A stretch of 64,000 nucleotides of DNA from a virus. Lineage: Duplodnaviria > Caudoviricetes. Where the stretch lies: the IMG/VR virus record IMGVR_UViG_3300027749_000069, positions 30,383 through 94,382 of that record; one strand, written 5' to 3'. The position numbers were made by a program, and so were the translations under genes. Positions 28,584-38,700 of the stretch are shown here, piece after piece (position 1 is the first letter of the stretch; every line of letters begins with the position of its first letter). The notes below the pieces were generated by a model. That model was not told where the DNA came from. It worked only from the letters and a program-made list of their open reading frames with translations, and did not search any database.

Positions 28584-28716
28584 AAAAGGACAATTAGACG
28601 AAATTTTATTTTTAGTTAAAAGAGGGTTCTCTTATGGGGATATTCTTTCTATGCCTGTGTACATTAGAAGATATTATATTAATTATATGATAGAGAAAGA
28701 GACTGAAAATAATTAA
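28573..28716 (+). CDS. Small tail-chaperone partner ORF (lambda gpT-like position), probably a frameshift extension
   Basis: MDYKKGQLDEILFLVKRGFSYGDILSMPVYIRRYYINYMIEKETENN in the +1 frame, overlapping the chaperone end; not in the ORF track. Confidence 0.7.
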   Translation: MDYKKGQLDEILFLVKRGFSYGDILSMPVYIRRYYINYMIEKETENN

Positions 28717-28733
28717 TTAGTCTATTTATATGT

Positions 28734-30653
28734 ATGAACGAACAATTACTGAAACATGCTAAAAATGGTGATAGGAATGCCTTTAAAGTTGCGTTTAATA
28801 CATTAAATAAAGGAGCAAAAGAAAATGATTGGATAATTGGTTTTAATGCCGCTCAAGCAGAACTTAAAAATGGAGCTTCATCAGGTGTAAGTTCAAACAC
28901 AGGTGGTGGATTATTAGGAGATTCAAAAAGTACAGGTTTTGTTGAAATGGCGTTAGGTAAAGTTAATGATGCTACTAAATTTTTAGCGACACAATCACAA
29001 AGATTATTTGCGTCTGGATTAGGAAAAGACGATGGAAATGACACAACCGCAAATAAGATATTTGAAATGGTTCAAGAGGGTGGATTAAACCCAATTAAAT
29101 TAATGAAAACGGCCATCTCAGATATGTGGGGTGCTGGTCTTGACCAAATAAAATCTGAATCTGTATTATTATCTGATGTTAATACTAAAACAGGAATTAG
29201 TGGTCAATTATCTGAAACTTTAAGAAAAGACATGATTGCAGCTTCAGTTGAAGCAAAAAGATATGGTTTTGACCTTTCTAATATTGGTGACATGTACACC
29301 ACGTTAGTAAAAGATTCAGGTAAATTTGCGTTAATTAATGAAGACACAATTAAAAGTGCGGTTCCTGTTGCCGCCGCATTAAACATGTCATTGGCCGAAT
29401 TAGCTGGTTCTATTGGTGAATTTGAAAAGGTAGGTTTAGGAGCAGATAAAACAACCCAATCATTAGGAGATGCAACAACAAGACTAATATCGTTAGGGTT
29501 AAGTGCTCAAAAAGTAACTACCGCAATGCGTGATAATATCGGTAAGTTAAATGAATATGGGTTTAAAAATGGTGTAAAAGGGTTAGAAGATATGTCCAAA
29601 AAGGCGGTTGAATTTAGGATGAGTATGGAGGAATCTTTTAAAATTGCCGAAAAGGTTATGAATCCTGAAAATGCTATTGATATGGTTGCAAATTTACAAG
29701 TATTAGGTGGTGCAATTGGTGATTTTAACGACCCACTTAAATTAATGTATATGGCAACAAATAACGTAGAAGGATTACAAGACGCGTTAATTGGTGCCTC
29801 AAGTTCATTAGCCACATACAATCAAGAACAAGGTAGATTTGAAATTACTGGAATTAACTTAAGAAGAGGTAAAGCTATGGCGGATGCTATGGGAATATCT
29901 TATCAAGAATTAAGTAAAGGTGCAATTGCTGCCGCAGAAAGATCATCTGCAGCTAGTGCAATAATGTCTCGTGGTTTAAAATTAGATGACAAACAAACAG
30001 AATTTTTAACAAATATATCAAGAATGCAAGGGGGTGAAATGAAAATTGTAATCCCTAAATCTTTAGCTTCAGAACTAAATGGTGCAACTGAAATCTCATT
30101 AGATAAAATGACTGATAGTCAAGCTAAAGTATTATTGGCAAATCAAAAGGCTTTTGAGTCTATGGATGTTAAGAATATTGCAATGTCACAACTTACCGAA
30201 ACACAACAAATGTCAAGGGGTATAGATGTAATTGCATCATATTATAAAATAATAGGTGCTAGAGCTGTTGAGGCGGCGTTAAGGGCAGGTGGTGGTAAAC
30301 AATATGATGAACTTAATAAAGCAATTGCAACTTTTAAAATAGGTGACGTAAATAAAACAGCGGAAGATATCGCAACTGCTACGGCAAATAAAGTAACATC
30401 GGTTAAAACGGGCATATCAACAGGAATTGAATCTGTAAAAGCAATGATTGGATTGGACACAAAAACACCTCCACCTCCACCACCATATATTGCAGCAAAC
30501 AAGATAGATATAACACACACTCATAAATATGAAGCGACTTCAGGGTATATGGACGCTTTTAATAGGGAAAATGTTAAAAACCCAACATTAGTCGGTAGTT
30601 GGACGGAAAGAAATGTAAATGAATATACGAACCCTAAAGTTATAACAAAATAG
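28734..30653 (+). CDS. Tape measure protein
   Basis: Ala/Gly-rich helical 639-aa protein directly after the chaperone pair; KAMADAMGISYQEL repeat-type motif. Confidence 0.75.
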   Translation: MNEQLLKHAKNGDRNAFKVAFNTLNKGAKENDWIIGFNAAQAELKNGASSGVSSNTGGGLLGDSKSTGFVEMALGKVNDATKFLATQSQRLFASGLGKDDGNDTTANKIFEMVQEGGLNPIKLMKTAISDMWGAGLDQIKSESVLLSDVNTKTGISGQLSETLRKDMIAASVEAKRYGFDLSNIGDMYTTLVKDSGKFALINEDTIKSAVPVAAALNMSLAELAGSIGEFEKVGLGADKTTQSLGDATTRLISLGLSAQKVTTAMRDNIGKLNEYGFKNGVKGLEDMSKKAVEFRMSMEESFKIAEKVMNPENAIDMVANLQVLGGAIGDFNDPLKLMYMATNNVEGLQDALIGASSSLATYNQEQGRFEITGINLRRGKAMADAMGISYQELSKGAIAAAERSSAASAIMSRGLKLDDKQTEFLTNISRMQGGEMKIVIPKSLASELNGATEISLDKMTDSQAKVLLANQKAFESMDVKNIAMSQLTETQQMSRGIDVIASYYKIIGARAVEAALRAGGGKQYDELNKAIATFKIGDVNKTAEDIATATANKVTSVKTGISTGIESVKAMIGLDTKTPPPPPPYIAANKIDITHTHKYEATSGYMDAFNRENVKNPTLVGSWTERNVNEYTNPKVITK

Positions 30654-30682
30654 TATTAAACCTATTTATAATAAAATAAAAA

Positions 30683-33600
30683 ATGCCGAGTTATTTAGAT
30701 TTTAATACAACAAAACAGTTTAGAGACCACATATTAGGTAAGACCTTACAACAACCTAATGGACCCCAAACGTTTACAAATAGTTCATATCCTGAACAGA
30801 ATCTAAGTAATACACCTAATTTATTACAAGGTCAGGTAGATACAAATAGATATGGTGATTTGACAATACCTAAGAACTCTAATATCTACAAACCAGATGA
30901 TTATTTTATTAGTGATGTTATTAACACATTACCTAGGTCGGCCGATTTAAAATTATACCCAAGTTTTGTTCAAACTGACTTAAGTTTATTTGGTATTATT
31001 AGTAATTCAAATTACGAAACTGAATCTGAATTAGTTAAGTTTGCCACAAGTTTAATTAAAAATGACCCACAAGGACCTGTTTATAGTAGAATTACTCAAA
31101 ATGTAGAAAAAAATACATTAGGTCGTGTGAGAATTATGGATGCTCTTAATGGTAACACAACTACCGCCGTTAATATATTAACAGGCAGAGAACCATTAAT
31201 TGAATCAAATTATACTATTACAGTTGATAATACATTAAGTATACCAGGTCAAGCGGTTGATTTTCTAAAAACTGTTTCAGGTATACAATTACCCTTTAGT
31301 CAAATACCAGGGGATTATTTAAGTAACCCAAGAAACCCGATAAACTATAGACCACAAGCGTCATCACAATTAGGTGCATTATATCAAGACGTAACCGGTG
31401 TATTAGGGTCTTTAATAGGAATACAAAGACGACCATTGCTAGATAGAAAACCATCTGACCTTTTGATTGAACATATGGGAAGCGGTCAAAAAAACAGGTT
31501 ATATGACCTATTATCCTATTCAACATATGCACCAAATTATACCACAACCGCAAGGTCACAAAACACGTCTAAAATTTTTAATTTTGTTGATAAGGTTGCA
31601 CAAGGTATAAAAAATATTTTAGGTGTTGAGGCACCTGCAGGAACTGCTTATATTGGAGATGATAGAGGAAATGATGTAAAATATGCAATGAATGATTTTA
31701 ATGATAGACCCGTAAGGAGTAACTATTATTTAACATTAATGTTTGATGAGGTGTCGGCAAAATTATTTCATACAAATAAAAATATTACTGAAGGTGGATC
31801 AATTGGAGGTAAGTTATCATGGATTAGTAAGAACTCAAAAAATAAATTAGGGGTTAATAACAATAGTTGGCAGACAGAAGCGTCACTATTTACTGAAAGT
31901 TTATCAACTAAAAATAAATTTAGAGGAGATTCAATTTTAGGAATAACTCAAGAATTATTAGATTCAATGCCTTCAGATGGGGGCGCTGCACGTTCACATG
32001 TTGCAAATGTTATTGATCAAACAAGTAGAGTATTCCAAGATGGTGATACTAGAATATCAAGAGGTTCTGCGGTTAAGTATACCGATAAATTTACTGGTGA
32101 AGAAAGTGGGATTGAATATGCGAGAGTTTGGACAAAGGATAGACCATACATGACAAATTTTGACACAATGCCGTTGTCAACTAATCAAAAGGATATTAAT
32201 ACTGGAAAGTATAAAAAATCAGGAAGAAAATATAGAAGAGGTAATATAAGACAATTTGAATCAAGTGTATTAAATGACACATGGAATTTAAATATGGCAC
32301 CAATGTCCAATGGTAAAAAATCATTTGATAACTCAACAAATATTGTAGAAAAAGACAAAGGTCTTGGTGATTTTTACGCAAAGAAATACATGTTCTCAAT
32401 TGAGAACTTGGCATGGAAAACTTCTAATTTATCTGGATTTCAAGTAAGTGATTTACCAGCATGTGAAAAAGGAAATAATGGTGGTAGAGTTATGTGGTTC
32501 CCTCCATACGACTTAAAGATGAGCGAACAAAACAATGCAAATTGGGAAAAGAACTCATTTATTGGAAGACCTGAACCAGTGTACACATATCAAAATACAG
32601 AAAGAACAGGTCAAGTTTCATTTAAAGTTGTTGTTGACCATCCGAGTATTATGAATTTATTGGTTAGAGAACATTTTAAAGGAATGTCAGATGAAGAATC
32701 TGATAACTATATAAACGCATTTTTTGCTGGCGTACAAGACGTTGATTTTTATTCTTTAATACAAACATATACAACTCTAGACCAAAATGATAGAGATTTA
32801 ATTCAACAATACCTAAGTGCTGGAGTTGAAAAACAAACAATTGAAAGAATTAAATATACTACCGTACCATTACCTAATGACGCTAATACTGACGTAAATA
32901 AAAATGAACCTGTTAATTATGACACAAATAACATATTCTACTTCGAAAATGCTGAACCACCTGTTAATGGAAATAATTTAACACAATCTCCCTATTATTA
33001 TAGTAATTATTATACACAATATAATGTAAAGCAATCGACATACATTACCAATTTAACATCCGCGATGAATAGTGCATTGTCTAATGCTGATAAAATTTTA
33101 TTAATAGGTGACACAGGATCAACATCAAACCCAAGTGTTATTTCAGGACAAACTAATCAAATAACAACTGCATTTAGCGGGTTAACTACAAATTTTGAGG
33201 CATTAAATAAACAAATACTTGATTTAAAAACGGCATTATCTGGAAAAACAGTTATTTCAGACACAAAAATAACAATATATACATCAACATCAGAAGCGGG
33301 AGATAATGATAAGAATTTCTACTTAGGAATAAGAAGGGCACATTCATTAATGCAACACATTTGGAATGAATTAGGACCATTTAAATATACGTGGTTTACT
33401 GAAAAGGAATTGGCAACATATGCTAAAAATGGTTTACCATTAAATACAAAAACAATCACTATAAAATATAAAGATATTGGATATGAATTAGATGGTAATA
33501 TTATATTTGATATAGGAACAATAGGTGAAAATAGTACATCACTGAATGGAACTAGTGTTGATTGTACAAAAGTATTTACTAACACCAATTTAAAAATATA

Positions 33601-35437
33601 TTCCCCAACGGCGTTTTACTGTAGACAGGGTTATGTAAAAATTAAATACGAAAAATCAAATGGTGAAAAAACACCACAAAAGATTAATACACCATTTACA
33701 AAACCAATCGTTTCAAAAGATACTGTGGATGTTACAAAAAAGAAACCATCCATTGATGTAATGAAAAGAATTATAATGAAAACATTAACAGAATGTTTTT
33801 ATTTTAAGAAATTAGAAGAAGATTCACCTGTGGCATTTAAATCTCTAACAGAAAAATTAAAATATTTTCATCCGGCTTTTCACTCTACAACACCTGAAGG
33901 TTTAAATGGTAGATTAACATTCTTATTACAATGTTTAAGACCTGGCGATACTATACCAATTAAAGGTCTTTCAGATAACACAGATATTGGGGCAAGAAAT
34001 ACAACTTTCGGACCACCACCAATTTGTGTATTAAGAATTGGTGATTTTTATCATTCAAAAATTATTATTAAAGATGTTAATATAACATACGAAGAAGGGG
34101 TTTGGGATTTTAATCCTGAGGGTATAGGTGTACAACCTATGATTGCCAACGTTCAATTACAAATAACATTTATTGGTGGGCAAGGATTAGATAGACCTGT
34201 TGAAAAATTACAAAATGCGTTATCATCAAATTTCTTTGCAAATACTGAAATGTATGATGAGAGGTCAATACCAACTGATGGTAGAATTGGATATGAGAAT
34301 AAAGATAAGTTTACAAAAGAATTTTTACAAACATTAAATAATAATATTAGTACAGTAAAAACCGCATCAGTTTCCACAGATACGAATAAACCAGAACAAG
34401 GTAAATTTATTGGAACGGGTAGAGGTACTAAATTAGTATATAATGATGTTGTTAATGATTTTTATACTAAATCTGTAAATTATACCAACATATATAAATC
34501 AGCGTACGAACAAATATATAAATCATATGGACCTAAAGTAAGTGGTTTATTATTCTCACCAAATTATAGAACAATATCCACTGCAACAATATCAGGTGGG
34601 TATTCACCATTACCAATGTTTGGTCAATACACTGGCACAACCGTATTATTAGATTATATGGATAAATTTAAACAATCTATAAATAATTCTATATCAATAA
34701 ACCCAATGATGGATTTACTTGGATTTAATTTAGGTGGTGGAGATACACAAAATCAAGCTGAAAGTGTAATAACACCAATTATTATAAAAATAGTAAATCA
34801 AAAAATTGATGGATTTAGTAATTTAAATCCGATAAAAGATTTGGAAAAGTCTAGAAATGAAATGGTCAGTTTAATTGATAAATTAAATTATGTTGTTTCA
34901 GTTTCTGGAGATACAAAAATTTCAGGAACAACATTAACTAAATTAACATTCCCAACCGGTTTTAATACAACCGATTTCACATTAAATTATGACAACGTAA
35001 TTGAATATTTGAGGACATTTAACGATAATAGAAATAATCTTTATGATTCAGGTTTTGACTTTAATAATTTTGGAACCGGAACAACAATAAATGTGAATGA
35101 TTTAAAAGATATTTTGAAATTATTTTTAGTTAATAGTAAATCGGAAATTATTAGACCATTAATTGATTTATTTAATGGAGACGATATGATGATAGGAATT
35201 ATAGAAACTTTTTATGGTATTTTTGATGTGTTTGTTAGTCCTGACCCATCAATACTTAAAAATTCTGTAATTACATTGGAAACACCACCACTAAAAAGAA
35301 ACAATAACCCAATTGAATATGAAACATTAGTAGATAGTCCATACACAACTCAAGTTGATAATGAACCAAATAATGACATATTTAAAATATTCTCACCAAA
35401 AAATAACCTTGGAACCACTTTAAATTTTTATAGATAA
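30683..35437 (+). CDS. Baseplate tube-initiator-like protein (gp48/54-type fold) with an inserted OmpA-like domain
   Basis: W....FIGRPEPVYTYQNTERTG...F and PPICVLRIGDF...I.DVNITY...W...QPMIANV flank NFYLGIRRAHSL...GEN...CR. Confidence 0.55.
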   Translation: MPSYLDFNTTKQFRDHILGKTLQQPNGPQTFTNSSYPEQNLSNTPNLLQGQVDTNRYGDLTIPKNSNIYKPDDYFISDVINTLPRSADLKLYPSFVQTDLSLFGIISNSNYETESELVKFATSLIKNDPQGPVYSRITQNVEKNTLGRVRIMDALNGNTTTAVNILTGREPLIESNYTITVDNTLSIPGQAVDFLKTVSGIQLPFSQIPGDYLSNPRNPINYRPQASSQLGALYQDVTGVLGSLIGIQRRPLLDRKPSDLLIEHMGSGQKNRLYDLLSYSTYAPNYTTTARSQNTSKIFNFVDKVAQGIKNILGVEAPAGTAYIGDDRGNDVKYAMNDFNDRPVRSNYYLTLMFDEVSAKLFHTNKNITEGGSIGGKLSWISKNSKNKLGVNNNSWQTEASLFTESLSTKNKFRGDSILGITQELLDSMPSDGGAARSHVANVIDQTSRVFQDGDTRISRGSAVKYTDKFTGEESGIEYARVWTKDRPYMTNFDTMPLSTNQKDINTGKYKKSGRKYRRGNIRQFESSVLNDTWNLNMAPMSNGKKSFDNSTNIVEKDKGLGDFYAKKYMFSIENLAWKTSNLSGFQVSDLPACEKGNNGGRVMWFPPYDLKMSEQNNANWEKNSFIGRPEPVYTYQNTERTGQVSFKVVVDHPSIMNLLVREHFKGMSDEESDNYINAFFAGVQDVDFYSLIQTYTTLDQNDRDLIQQYLSAGVEKQTIERIKYTTVPLPNDANTDVNKNEPVNYDTNNIFYFENAEPPVNGNNLTQSPYYYSNYYTQYNVKQSTYITNLTSAMNSALSNADKILLIGDTGSTSNPSVISGQTNQITTAFSGLTTNFEALNKQILDLKTALSGKTVISDTKITIYTSTSEAGDNDKNFYLGIRRAHSLMQHIWNELGPFKYTWFTEKELATYAKNGLPLNTKTITIKYKDIGYELDGNIIFDIGTIGENSTSLNGTSVDCTKVFTNTNLKIYSPTAFYCRQGYVKIKYEKSNGEKTPQKINTPFTKPIVSKDTVDVTKKKPSIDVMKRIIMKTLTECFYFKKLEEDSPVAFKSLTEKLKYFHPAFHSTTPEGLNGRLTFLLQCLRPGDTIPIKGLSDNTDIGARNTTFGPPPICVLRIGDFYHSKIIIKDVNITYEEGVWDFNPEGIGVQPMIANVQLQITFIGGQGLDRPVEKLQNALSSNFFANTEMYDERSIPTDGRIGYENKDKFTKEFLQTLNNNISTVKTASVSTDTNKPEQGKFIGTGRGTKLVYNDVVNDFYTKSVNYTNIYKSAYEQIYKSYGPKVSGLLFSPNYRTISTATISGGYSPLPMFGQYTGTTVLLDYMDKFKQSINNSISINPMMDLLGFNLGGGDTQNQAESVITPIIIKIVNQKIDGFSNLNPIKDLEKSRNEMVSLIDKLNYVVSVSGDTKISGTTLTKLTFPTGFNTTDFTLNYDNVIEYLRTFNDNRNNLYDSGFDFNNFGTGTTINVNDLKDILKLFLVNSKSEIIRPLIDLFNGDDMMIGIIETFYGIFDVFVSPDPSILKNSVITLETPPLKRNNNPIEYETLVDSPYTTQVDNEPNNDIFKIFSPKNNLGTTLNFYR

Positions 35438-35763
35438 TGAGTAGAAACTATTACAATAGATACCAAGATTATATTACAGACGGAAAGTTTAGAATTATTC
35501 CTGGAATTGAAATGCCTATAAAACCAACAGACAAATACTTACAATATAAAAAAGGAAAACACAGAATGGACATTTTATCACAAGAATATTATGGTTCACC
35601 TATGTTTGGGTGGTTAATATTATTAGCTAACCCATCGGTAGGTAGTATTGAATTTGAAATACCCGATAATTCTTATATAAGGGTACCATTTCCTTTACTA
35701 TCCTCTTTACAAGATTATAAAAACGGCGTAGAATTGTATAACTTATATTATGGCGAACAATAA
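35437..35763 (+). CDS. LysM-like baseplate wedge protein (gp53/GpX-like)
   Basis: RMDILSQEYYGSPMFGWLILLANP...IRVP. Confidence 0.8.
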   Translation: MSRNYYNRYQDYITDGKFRIIPGIEMPIKPTDKYLQYKKGKHRMDILSQEYYGSPMFGWLILLANPSVGSIEFEIPDNSYIRVPFPLLSSLQDYKNGVELYNLYYGEQ

Positions 35764-38700
35764 TTTAAATGGTAGTGAAAATATATTAGTTAAAGTTGAT
35801 GAAAATAATTTAATATATATTGACCCAAACAGTATAGTTAACGGAAATACCGTTGAACCTAGAGGTGTAAGTCCAGAAAATTATGTCATGTATGTTAATT
35901 TAGAAGCGGACTTAGTCCCAAGGTCTATTTTAACCGCAACAGGGGATCAAAAACTAAGTGGAACATTATTATCAATTGCAAAAGGAACATTAAATTTTCT
36001 TAAAAATCAAAAAGGACAAGATTATGACACATCTTGGACTGAGTCATTTGTTCCACAAGAATCAAAAGATCAGAATGGTAATACAATATTAAACGCTGAC
36101 CAATTTCATGATGCGTCAGGACAATCCTTTGGTATTGATAGTATGAATATTTCAATTAAAGGTGCAAATTTTATTCCACAAATCACGATAAATTTTATTG
36201 ATGTTAGAGGTAAGACTTTATTTGAATCACCTAAAGATTCTCCATATAAGGCATTTTTCCATTTACCATGGCCAATATATTATTTAACTATTAAAGGTTA
36301 CTATGGTAAGGCGATAAGGTATCGTTTACATATGACTAAGTTTACGTCTAGATACAATGAAACAAATGGTAATTTTGATATAACAACAACATTCGTTGGA
36401 TCAACATATGCATATATGAATGATATACCATTATCAGGTATGTTAAACGCACCATACATGTATTACATTGAAAGTGACAGTAAATTAAATTTTAATCCAC
36501 AAACAGGAACGTACGAAAAGAAAATAAAAAAATCATCAAAAGGATACTCAATACTTAAAACGGTATATGACGAATATAAAACTAAAGGTTTAATACCTAA
36601 AGATTTTCCAGTTAAAACACTTAGAGAAGTTATAGCAATTGCTAAAACTTTAGATAAAATATTGGAAAGAGAAATTTTTGATCAAGTTGTTGATTTTAGA
36701 TTATTTAGTGGAATTAAAGAGTTTGAGAAAAAAATTGTTGAATTTGAAAGCTCAATAAAAGCTTGGGCAGACAGATATTTAACAAATGAAATTGTAACAC
36801 CTTTTACAGATAACCCAACTGTTGATTACTTTGTACTAAAAGGTAACGAAAAGGAAAGGAGTTCTTTAACTAATATAACCGGAACAACAAAAAATGAAAG
36901 TGGGTCGTTAGAATTGTTAATTTCAAATTATCAAAATGCATTAAAAGAAACTAAAATTTTTTCAACAGAATTAATAAAAAAAGAAGCCAATATAGATGTT
37001 GATTTTAATAATGTACCTTATAGTATTAGAAAAATTGACCAATATTATAGAAAAAAAGATTCCAATTATGTTATTGCAAAAAATCTAATAATAGACGATA
37101 TACATAAAATTCAAACATCTTTTGTTAAAGAAAGAGATAAATTACAAAGTAAAGTTGAGGAAAAAATGAATACCATTATAAAAAATAAAACTTTAGGTAT
37201 TGGATTTGACCCAACAATTAGAAATATATTTGCGGTAATATTGGCAAATGCGGACGTGTATATTAGATTATTAAAAGATGTTCATAAATCAGCTTTTGAT
37301 GCTTCAGAAGATAGAAAAAAAGTTTTACTTGGTTTATCAGACGAAACACCAAGTAATGATAATATATATCCATGGCCAGAAGTTAAAAAACAAACAGGAA
37401 CAGACAAAAGAAAAGTAATCGCATATCCAGGAGATTTTGATTTATTAAAAAAACTAAAATCAGATGATAAAAATAAGTGGCCAGAAGTTGATTTTGTAGA
37501 AAATTATGTCGGAGTATCAACCAAAAGAATTGATACGTTAGTAGAAAAAGAAGGTGGGGTTGGAAACATAAATTTTATTTTTGAATCAAATGAAGATGAC
37601 GATAACTATACACCGACATCAAATTTATTAAATTTATCAGTTGGTTCGCCGTACAATGATAAATCACCATCTAATATTTTTTATGAAATATATGAAAGGG
37701 CAAAAATAACAACATTGTTAGATACATTTAGTGATCCTAACACATTACTTGAATTAGCAAATATTGAATTTGGAAATTTAAAATATTCATTTAACGAAGA
37801 TTATGATTTGGTAAATTTAATTAAAGGATTAAAAACGTTAGATACTTTAAAAAATTATCTTTCATTATATTCACCTGTTGAACGTTACCCATATTATAAA
37901 GATCAATTACCAACAGTATCATATATAAAAGATTTATCTGAAAATTCATTTAACATAAATCAATTATCTAGTAGTGAAACAAAAAATGATAAATTAAGTA
38001 TATTTCCTAATTTAAAAAAATCATTAGAAGATTATAAAGTTGAAGATTATAGAAAAAATATTTACCCATTTAATTCTACCGAGTATTTGGGTTATTTATA
38101 TAAAACATCTTTTGATGACAGTTTAAAGTTTACGAATTTATTTCATATTGACACAAAGTCCGGTTTTATTTGTACACCGATTGAACCTAAATCTTGGGTT
38201 AAAGTTGGATACGATAGTAATTTATTTACACAAAAATTAACTGTTGGTAATAGTGATGTTAACATACTTAACACCCCATATTTTCATAAACAATTATTTA
38301 ATGATTACACAAACACAAAGTCAGCTGGGAAATATATTAGTTCCGCATATTTGTTACTAAACTCATTACCATTTAAAGATTTAGAAGATACATTAATATT
38401 TAGTGGTAGTTCGGTTAATATGGCTTCAATGTTTAAAGAAGTAGGTGCAACTCATTACGTTCCATATCATTTGATATTAAAATGGGGTTCTATTTACCAT
38501 AGGTATAAAAAATATCTTATTGATGATACCGATATATTATTGGGAATTACAAATACAATTAACGGAAAAGAATTTTTTGATAGTTATACCAGTACAACAA
38601 CTGGAACTACTTTTAATATAAATGGAACAAACATATCTTACAGTGGACATACGAATATTGGAATACATCCACATTATGAAAATACATTTCACATTATTGT

